Of a DNA stretch of 64,000 bases, positions 57,400 through 64,000 are shown in pieces. The stretch is from Candidatus Thorarchaeota archaeon (GTDB taxonomy: Archaea; Asgardarchaeota; Thorarchaeia; Thorarchaeales; Thorarchaeaceae). Where the stretch lies: positions 1,127,093 through 1,191,092 of the forward strand of contig CP070761.1 in the NCBI GenBank assembly GCA_020348985.1. The letters are read 5' to 3'. Made by a program: the position numbers and the translations under genes. Under the pieces are notes generated by a model. The model had not been told where the DNA came from and did no database searches. It saw only the letters and a program-made list of their open reading frames with translations. How positions within the stretch are numbered: position 1 is the first letter of the stretch; each line of letters starts with the position of its first letter.

Positions 57400-57825
57400 C
57401 TAGATGAAACCCAATTGTCTAGCCATTTCGACAGAGTCAAAGTACTCGTGAAACTCCACGATCTTGTCACTCTCGAACTTGATGACGACGCACATTGGGT
57501 AACGGACAACATTGCCCGTAGGCGGAATTGACTGTCCGCCAGGACCGGAAAACTCCCCGCGATGTGTGCCCTCGAAGTTTCCCACAGCACACACCCAGTC
57601 ATCCTGCCCAAACGCGTGAGAAATCTCAAAGTGAGCATCCGGAAAAGCCTTGAGAAACTGAATATTGTCTTCGAGAATCGCTTCGCGGCCCTTGATAGGT
57701 TTCGACTTTCCGGGCCCATAGTTTAACACAGAGTCAGAATAGTACTCGACAAACCCGTCCCAATCATGTTGATTGAAGGCATCGAGAACAGACTCGATTA
57801 TTCGAATGTTAGATTCAACACTCAT
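57400..57825 (-). CDS. SnoaL-like ester cyclase
   Basis: AFPDAHF..GTHRG..IPPTG..EYFD. Confidence 0.88.
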   Translation of the reverse strand: MSVESNIRIIESVLDAFNQHDWDGFVEYYSDSVLNYGPGKSKPIKGREAILEDNIQFLKAFPDAHFEISHAFGQDDWVCAVGNFEGTHRGEFSGPGGQSIPPTGNVVRYPMCVVIKFESDKIVEFHEYFDSVEMARQLGFI

Positions 57826-57881
57826 TGCGAAACACCTTACCATATCATATTAACAATAGTTAATGATGCTTCCGGTGCTGG

Positions 57882-58226
57882 CTATTCCTGGAGCGGGATA
57901 TTGATTGTGACTAGCTGGATTGTCTGATCAGATGTATTCTCATAGCCATGAAGTTCTCCTGCTGGTACCTCAACTGCCCTACGAGGCTTGATTTCATACG
58001 CCTCATCACCTATCCAGCCTTTTCCATGTCCACTGATGAAGTAGAAGACATGGTGGTAGTCATCTCTATGCGAAGTGAACTTGCCACCAGGAGCGACTTG
58101 AGTTAGGGTCACTGTGACTTTGGTTACTCCTTCAGGGATGAGTGGGACTCCCATGATTCCCTCTGTGTGAGACGGCCGAGTTGCCTTCAAGTCTCTTTCT
58201 TCGACATCATAGACTCTCTTTCGCAT
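57882..58226 (-). CDS. Cupin domain protein
   Basis: SHRDDYHHVFYFISGHG..VPAGELHGYEN. Confidence 0.85.
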   Translation of the reverse strand: MRKRVYDVEERDLKATRPSHTEGIMGVPLIPEGVTKVTVTLTQVAPGGKFTSHRDDYHHVFYFISGHGKGWIGDEAYEIKPRRAVEVPAGELHGYENTSDQTIQLVTINIPLQE

Positions 58227-58244
58227 AATGTGCTGCACCTCACG

Positions 58245-58706
58245 CTAGATTATGTAGTGTATCCGAGACACCTCAATCCCGATTAATCGAAAGTAAACCG
58301 TAATCTGACCTCGATGGTGAATGGAGTGCTCAATCATCTCAAGCAGAATCTCAGCTTTCGTGGCAGGACGATTAAACGATTCATTGACTTGTGACAGGTC
58401 GGTGTGACTTAGTTGCTCGATATAGTCTCTCGCTCTGTCGATCACTTCCTCATATAGAGCCCTGATTGCAGCGGCAGATTGGTACTCCTCAAGTGAATAG
58501 GGAAGTGGTCTCCACTCGTTATGTATAAGTCCCCTCAGATAGAACTCAATTGAGCGAATGAGATGGAGGATGACTTCGCCCAATGGCCTACCTCCTTCAA
58601 TTGGTATTGCTAATACATGGTTGTCATCAATCTGGTCAATCAGAGGTCGGGTCTCATAGAAGTGTCGCAGGGCTGCATTCTGCAGGAATTCGTATAGCAT
58701 TTCCAT
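58245..58706 (-). CDS. DinB family protein
   Basis: ILHL..; EHSIHHRGQITVYFRLIG. Confidence 0.88.
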   Translation of the reverse strand: MEMLYEFLQNAALRHFYETRPLIDQIDDNHVLAIPIEGGRPLGEVILHLIRSIEFYLRGLIHNEWRPLPYSLEEYQSAAAIRALYEEVIDRARDYIEQLSHTDLSQVNESFNRPATKAEILLEMIEHSIHHRGQITVYFRLIGIEVSRIHYII

Positions 58707-58858
58707 TCACGTCGGATAGGTCAAATCGAGAACCTCCAGAAAAATGGCATGCTTGGGGATGCCTCTTGGAGATATTGCTGTGAGTATGACATGGTTACGC
58801 TGAGGAGTAGATAATTAGCGTCCCATCGTGGGAGAAAGAGCCAGTGAAGGAATGAGAA

Positions 58859-59170
58859 ATGACAAAAATGAGAATCACAGTTGTTAGGACCTTCAGTCCC
58901 GAAGAGGTATTTGGTCACGAATACAGGTCGCCGTCAGGTGATGTGGCGAAGACTTGTCATTTGAAAGAAGGCCAATCTTGGATAGTCGAGAGAGACCGAA
59001 TCCCAGAGGGCTTTTGTAGTTGGGCCTGGGAGGATCTTCGAATGGACAGGTATCTTCTGTACTTCGGCGGTGATATCCCAGACACTGAAGATGGTGTTGT
59101 GTTTGCGTCTTGTGGAGATGGGAAGCGGCCAGTTGTGTTCAAGCTTGAGAGAATCAATGTCCAGACTTAG
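58859..59170 (+). CDS. TIGR04076 family protein
   Basis: CHLKEGQ, PEGFCSWAW, SCGDGKRPVVFKLER. Confidence 0.8.
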   Translation: MTKMRITVVRTFSPEEVFGHEYRSPSGDVAKTCHLKEGQSWIVERDRIPEGFCSWAWEDLRMDRYLLYFGGDIPDTEDGVVFASCGDGKRPVVFKLERINVQT

Positions 59171-59215
59171 CCATCAGATTTATTCGGAACACTTATCCGG
59201 TTTGAAGCAGATTAA

Positions 59216-59249
59216 TGGACTCTGTCAAGTATAAACTTGACCAAGTCAA
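59216..59249. promoter_or_regulatory. Tandem TTGAC-N3-GTCAA-type operator upstream of MarR-GNAT
   Basis: TGGACTCTGTCAA and TTGACCAAGTCAA. Confidence 0.55.
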
Positions 59250-59282
59250 TAAATTAGTGTGAACCCTCAAGGTGATGCTGCA

Positions 59283-60218
59283 GTGTCTCAAAGCCGACTT
59301 GAACAGAGTATTGGGGAAGTCCGTAGATTCAATCGTTTCTACACAAAACGGATTGGGCTCTTGAATCAAGGATTGCTGGAGACCAGATTCTCACTAACGC
59401 AGGCGAGGATAATCTTCGAGCTAGCTCAACAAGACAAAACTGTTTCAACAGACCTTGTAAGAAAGCTAGACATCGATCCCAGCTACTTGAGCCGAATCCT
59501 CACCGCGTTTGAGAAGAATGGCCTCATTCAGAAAGCGAAATCTGAAACAGACAGTCGCCAAAGAATCCTCACATTGACTCCTATGGGCAGAAAGTCCTTC
59601 AAGGAGCTCAATGAAAAAGCAAGTCAAGAAATCAGAGAAATGCTGATAGCATTATCCAGCGACGATCGGCTGCGGTTTCTCAATGCTACTAAGGCGATTC
59701 AAAGAATTCTAAACCCTGACGAGATGTCCGCGCCTTCTTATCTTCTGCGTCCACATGGAGCAGGCGATATAGGATGGATCACTCATCGCCATGGGGTGCT
59801 ATACGCGGAGGAGTACGGTTGGGATGAAACCTTTGAGGCGCTGGTTGCTGACATTCTTGTCAAATTCATTCAGAGTAATGATCCGAAAAGGGAGCGAATC
59901 TGGATAGCAGAACAGGACGGAGAGAAAGTCGGTTCAATTGTGCTTGTAGATGCAGGGAATCAAGTATCTCAATTGCGACTGCTCTTGGTGGAGCCCAAAG
60001 CCAGGGGAAAAGGGATAGGGAGACGTCTGATTCAGGAATGTATAGATTTCTCGAAAAGCAGGGGATACAATAAGATTAGATTATGGACCCAGAAGAACCT
60101 CGATGCAGCACGTCATCTGTATAGAAAGGCAGGTTTCGTGTGTGTAAGCGAGAAGCCACACAGAAGCTTTGGTCATAATCTGATTGAGGAATTCTGGGAG
60201 CTGAACCTAAGAGATTGA
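59283..60218 (+). CDS. MarR HTH-GNAT acetyltransferase bifunctional regulator
   Basis: VRRFNRFYT, DPSYLSRIL, GDIGWITHRHG..YAEEYGW, RGKGIG. Confidence 0.92.
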   Translation: MSQSRLEQSIGEVRRFNRFYTKRIGLLNQGLLETRFSLTQARIIFELAQQDKTVSTDLVRKLDIDPSYLSRILTAFEKNGLIQKAKSETDSRQRILTLTPMGRKSFKELNEKASQEIREMLIALSSDDRLRFLNATKAIQRILNPDEMSAPSYLLRPHGAGDIGWITHRHGVLYAEEYGWDETFEALVADILVKFIQSNDPKRERIWIAEQDGEKVGSIVLVDAGNQVSQLRLLLVEPKARGKGIGRRLIQECIDFSKSRGYNKIRLWTQKNLDAARHLYRKAGFVCVSEKPHRSFGHNLIEEFWELNLRD

Positions 60219-60261
60219 GCTGATCGTCTTTCGAGGAATGTGGCGTCGTTCGGTAATGTAA

Positions 60262-60279
60262 AGTCGGCATATGCCGACT
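60262..60279. promoter_or_regulatory. Perfect 18-bp palindrome upstream of HTH_10 regulator
   Basis: AGTCGGCATATGCCGACT. Confidence 0.55.
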
Positions 60280-60313
60280 GTGACTATAATACAGTATCAA
60301 GAGAGAATGTCAT

Positions 60314-61033
60314 ATGCCATTGTTTGAGATTGAATTCAAGATTAGGCACAATTGCAGGCTTGGAGAATTCTCCTTGAAACATCCATCTGCACGTATTCAC
60401 GTATGGAAGATTCTCGACCGCGAGGTAATCGAGATTGTCCCAAATGCAAACGGTGATCCTTCAGATGCGATGACCGATCTATTACGTTTTACTGGGGTTG
60501 AAGGAAGAGCTTTGGACGGCCAAGGAGGCTATCACGTTGCTGAAGCAAATCAATGTGCTGTAGAGAGAATTCTCACGAAAAGTACACAGCATCTGGACAT
60601 TCTGCCCATATCACCCGTTGTCTATTGCAGGGGTTGGCAATATCACAGGATTGTGGCCTTTCAACATGAAGACATCAATGGGCTCTTGGATACATTCAGA
60701 GAGGCCTCATTCATGCCGCTCATCCTTCGTAAGACGCCTTTCAACGGATTCACAGGGAGCCAGATGACTGTAACACTGGATTCTCTGTTTTCGGATCTCA
60801 CAGAGAAGCAGACCGATGCCATCCTTTCGGCATACTCTCGTGGCTACTACAGATTTCCCAGAGACTCCAGTCTAGAATCTATTGCACTTGAAATGGGAGT
60901 CCCTAGAACGACCTTGCAGGGACATTTAAAGAAGGCAGAGAACAAGATAATAGGCTCTATAGTCCCCCATGTTCATACCTGGTATCATTTCAAAGGCAGT
61001 CGAGGGCAGCATCCTATGATAAGTGAAAACTAA
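60314..61033 (+). CDS. Bacterio-opsin activator-like HTH_10 transcriptional regulator
   Basis: LTEKQ..AYSRGYY.FPR..IA.EMGV..TT..HLKKAENK. Confidence 0.88.
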   Translation: MPLFEIEFKIRHNCRLGEFSLKHPSARIHVWKILDREVIEIVPNANGDPSDAMTDLLRFTGVEGRALDGQGGYHVAEANQCAVERILTKSTQHLDILPISPVVYCRGWQYHRIVAFQHEDINGLLDTFREASFMPLILRKTPFNGFTGSQMTVTLDSLFSDLTEKQTDAILSAYSRGYYRFPRDSSLESIALEMGVPRTTLQGHLKKAENKIIGSIVPHVHTWYHFKGSRGQHPMISEN

Positions 61034-61084
61034 CAGATGGGAGAGAACGATGGCCTGCCTAAGCCATCGCCTCCATTGCCGCTC

Positions 61085-61468
61085 TCAGTCCTTCTCGACG
61101 GAGTCAGTATGATATGACTTGTTGATGATTAGCCATTTCCCATCATCTTGTCGCTGCAGAGTCAGAAAATCTGTGAGCGTGTCTATGCGTTCGGGGTCTT
61201 CTCTGACTGTTCTTGACCTAGCGAACGATACTGAGCCGTGCACTTCAACGGAGACAAGTTCACATTGAATTCTTTCGTCGGGATTTGGAGATTGCTTGCA
61301 GAAGCCTTCCCAGAAGGAACGAGGCATCGACTTTACTTCACCTTCCTTGACAGTTGTCATTCTAGCATCAGGATGCCACGACTCGAGGATCTTATCCCAA
61401 GATCTGTTGGTCACTGCGTCGAAATATGCATCAACCGTCTTTCCTATTTGGACTATTTCTTCATTCAT
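61085..61468 (-). CDS. NTF2-family (lumazine-binding-like) protein
   Basis: YFDA..WHPDA..TDFLTL..WLIINK. Confidence 0.8.
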   Translation of the reverse strand: MNEEIVQIGKTVDAYFDAVTNRSWDKILESWHPDARMTTVKEGEVKSMPRSFWEGFCKQSPNPDERIQCELVSVEVHGSVSFARSRTVREDPERIDTLTDFLTLQRQDDGKWLIINKSYHTDSVEKD

Positions 61469-61606
61469 GATAGAACACCACGTATTAGATGGGAGAAACA
61501 GGAATACCGAATGTGCATAAAGCTGGTAGGGGCATATGCCTTCGATGGAAAGCGAATCAGTGGTGTAGAATTCGGACATCCAATCCCAGTTACTGCTTGG
61601 TTCGTG

Positions 61607-62416
61607 CTATCTGGGCTTTTGCCCAACAATCAGAGCATAGCCGCCGTGTTCCCTCAGCAATTTTGTGACTTGACCGTCCAGCTTCTGAGCTCTCCTGTAG
61701 CGTGGGTCTCTGATCATCTTGCCGATTATCCTCCATGAGCTGCGAAGGATAAAGGACAGGATTCCACGGATGCCCATCTCGCTTGCAGAGCTAGGGATCT
61801 CAGAGCCTGGGACTTCTTTGATGTCAAGAACATCTAGACCCGACGACTCGAACAGGTCTCTGAGGCTCTCTGGCGTTAGGTGTCCGTTGATCGAGGGATA
61901 TTCGTCAAGTAGGTCGATTAACTCTTGAGGCGCAGACTCGTTAAAGACCGTCTCGTTTGCCGCGATTAATCCACCAGGCTTGACGACTCTATAGGCTTCC
62001 TTCATAGCCGTTCTCTTGTCTTCAATAGCAGTCAATACTGACTCAAACAGTACAATGTCGAACTCTTCATCATCAAAAGGAAGATCTGTTGCATCTGCCA
62101 CTTTGAATCTGACTCTTTCGTCGACTTTCTTCTTGTGAGCCCTTTCTTCAGCCTTTATGACCATCTTCTCGGAAATGTCAACTCCAATGACATCGGAATC
62201 GTATTCTTCTCCAATCTCACAGGCCGCGTGCCCTGGTCCGCTGCCGATGTCAAGGACTCTAATTTTGCCGTGGAGCTGACACATGGTCAGCAAATCCTTT
62301 GTTGCCTCGATACCACCCATATGAAGGCGAGGAAGAACATGGGCAAATTGCCCCATGAAGTCATACCATTCCCTCATAGTAAAGCTCGCTTCGGCATCAT
62401 TCTCTATTTCACTCAT
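61607..62416 (-). CDS. Class I SAM-dependent methyltransferase
   Basis: HMGGIEAT, VLDIGSGPG, DATDLPF, ESVL. Confidence 0.88.
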   Translation of the reverse strand: MSEIENDAEASFTMREWYDFMGQFAHVLPRLHMGGIEATKDLLTMCQLHGKIRVLDIGSGPGHAACEIGEEYDSDVIGVDISEKMVIKAEERAHKKKVDERVRFKVADATDLPFDDEEFDIVLFESVLTAIEDKRTAMKEAYRVVKPGGLIAANETVFNESAPQELIDLLDEYPSINGHLTPESLRDLFESSGLDVLDIKEVPGSEIPSSASEMGIRGILSFILRSSWRIIGKMIRDPRYRRAQKLDGQVTKLLREHGGYALIVGQKPR

Positions 62417-62449
62417 TGTCCACCACTTCCTCAAACAGTGCGGATATTG

Positions 62450-62488
62450 ATTTTCGTAATATTGCAAATCATTTGCATGCATATGCAA
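62450..62488. promoter_or_regulatory. Overlapping palindromes in divergent methyltransferase/GbsR intergenic region
   Basis: TTTCGTAATATTGCAAA; TGCAAAT-C-ATTTGCA; TGCATATGCA. Confidence 0.45.
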
Positions 62489-62592
62489 TTAACTTCTATC
62501 ATGCTGAATGTTTATGAGGGTTTCCGTCAAAGCCATTGACTGCCGGACCTCTTCTTAGTACACAAAACACGATTGAGAGGTCGATGTAGGAT

Positions 62593-63135
62593 GTGTATTC
62601 AGTGGCTTCCAAGGCACTAAAGAAACTGACAGAGTATGAGAAGAAGTACGTCGACATAGTTGGTAGAAGATTCGGTGTCCACGGAAGGTCAGAAGCAATG
62701 GGGCAGATTTTTGCACTACTAAACCTGAAGGCGAAGACTCCTGAGGCTGCAATGAATCAGCAAGATATAGCTACTTTGATCCGCAAGTCGATTAGCACCG
62801 TCTCGAGATCGTTGAAGAAACTGGTCCAAGGCGGATACTGCGATTATGTCTTAGAAGACAATGAGCAGGATAGAGCAGAGCGGAGATATCACGCAAAGCG
62901 TGACTACACAGAGCTTCTCTTGGCCCGGATTTCCCATACACTAGCTGAAGCGCAAGGAATGGTTGATGATCTGACTTCCTTAAGTCAGTCAATATCAGAG
63001 GGGAAGAAGAAAGAGAACAAACAGCTGATAGATCAAATACAGCTCTATGTTGAGCAAACTCGAATAGCGAGTCGGGCAGTCGAGAAACTAGGTGATGATA
63101 TTCTGAAGGGGCTTGGCAAGCAAGGTCATGGATAG
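62593..63135 (+). CDS. MarR/GbsR-family transcriptional regulator
   Basis: GRSEAMGQIFALL..QQDIA..SISTVSRSLKKL..RRYH. Confidence 0.8.
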   Translation: MYSVASKALKKLTEYEKKYVDIVGRRFGVHGRSEAMGQIFALLNLKAKTPEAAMNQQDIATLIRKSISTVSRSLKKLVQGGYCDYVLEDNEQDRAERRYHAKRDYTELLLARISHTLAEAQGMVDDLTSLSQSISEGKKKENKQLIDQIQLYVEQTRIASRAVEKLGDDILKGLGKQGHG

Positions 63136-63875
63136 AACGTGTGAGACTCCCAGTATTCAAGCCAGATCGGTTCTGTGTAGGCAAGTTCTGCGATTTCCTC
63201 CTCGCAGGTATCGATGAGAGACTGGAGGTAACCCTCGGTGTAGTGAGTGGCAATGAAGTATCTAGGTTGCAGATTCATAATCGCATCGACCGTCCCAATT
63301 CCAAGCAGATAAGCGGGAATGAAGGCCACATCGACAAGCCCCCTAAGCTGCTCGAGTTCAGGCATGTCCTTGGCATCACCACCGTGGTAAATGACAAAAC
63401 CATTGATGTCAAAGAGGTAACTTGTCCAGTTTCGATCTCTAGCGTGACCGTATGTTTCTGTGTACAGGTAGAAAACCGTGATGTTGATTTCACCGACATT
63501 TAGCGAGTCGCCAGGAACTACACCAATACCATCATGAAGAGCGATTTCTTCAGACATAACAGCGGGAAATACATTTCGCGTTCCATCTTTCTGGAGCATG
63601 TTGACCATAGTTTCATTGTAGTGGTCAAAGTGGGGGTGCGTTATGAGGATTGCATCTGCTGGGAAGTCAGCATAGCTTTCCGACAGGTTATACGGGTCAA
63701 CGTAGATTCGCATGCCCTCTGCTTCTATCATGACCCCGGCGGTATGAAGCAGAGTGACCGAAATTGCGTCGGCTTCAGAACCCGGACCGAAAATGTACGG
63801 AGCCAACGCGATACCTGACACAACAATTACGGCCAGCAAGATTGTCGTTATGGCAACAGCTCTGGATCGATTCAT
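63126..63875 (-). CDS. Membrane-anchored MBL-fold metallo-hydrolase
   Basis: N-terminal TM; ITHPHFDH, YHGGD, THY. Confidence 0.85.
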   Translation of the reverse strand: MNRSRAVAITTILLAVIVVSGIALAPYIFGPGSEADAISVTLLHTAGVMIEAEGMRIYVDPYNLSESYADFPADAILITHPHFDHYNETMVNMLQKDGTRNVFPAVMSEEIALHDGIGVVPGDSLNVGEINITVFYLYTETYGHARDRNWTSYLFDINGFVIYHGGDAKDMPELEQLRGLVDVAFIPAYLLGIGTVDAIMNLQPRYFIATHYTEGYLQSLIDTCEEEIAELAYTEPIWLEYWESHTFYP

Positions 63876-64000
63876 GGTACGCACATTTCGACATATACCG
63901 CACCCACGATAATTAAGAGAGAGGTTCAGCGCAGACTACTCATTTTCTGGCAAGAGAGGAGGAAGTGAATTGTAATTCCACGGAGCGTACTGCTTTGCGA

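Noticed and set aside
1-64000. CRISPR arrays, tRNA/rRNA genes, transposases/integrases
   Set aside because: No regularly spaced repeats, cloverleafs or mobile-element ORFs seen by eye; tRNAscan/Infernal were not run

Overview
A gene-dense archaeal window, most likely Asgard (Thorarchaeota-like). That assignment is inferred from GGTGA/GGAG ribosome-binding sites, frequent TTG/GTG starts, LRR and WD40 proteins, a reductive dehalogenase and C-terminally anchored surface enzymes; no marker gene confirms it. I found no rRNA, tRNA, CRISPR array or mobile element. Recognisable content includes tandem ArsB/NhaD-type permeases, a short alanyl-tRNA synthetase, a DUF47+PiT phosphate uptake pair, a complete reductive pyrimidine catabolism cluster without preT, an RdhA with an ABCE1/RLI-type N-terminal Fe-S domain, a Zn-finger-Regnase(NYN) nuclease, and a Cys-rich PadR/arsM arsenic module with a hidden 48-aa CCG-tailed ORF and three operator boxes. 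The most striking unannotated feature is at about 31.6-42.3 kb. It is a divergent locus: an ABC exporter with two permeases and a surface C39-like peptidase on one side, and an HTH-Cys regulator, two bPH_2/YdbS-T proteins and an MFS transporter on the other. It carries a family of at least five or six paralogous 31-35 aa single-TM micropeptides that the ORF track misses, most ending in Gly-Gly plus a short tail.
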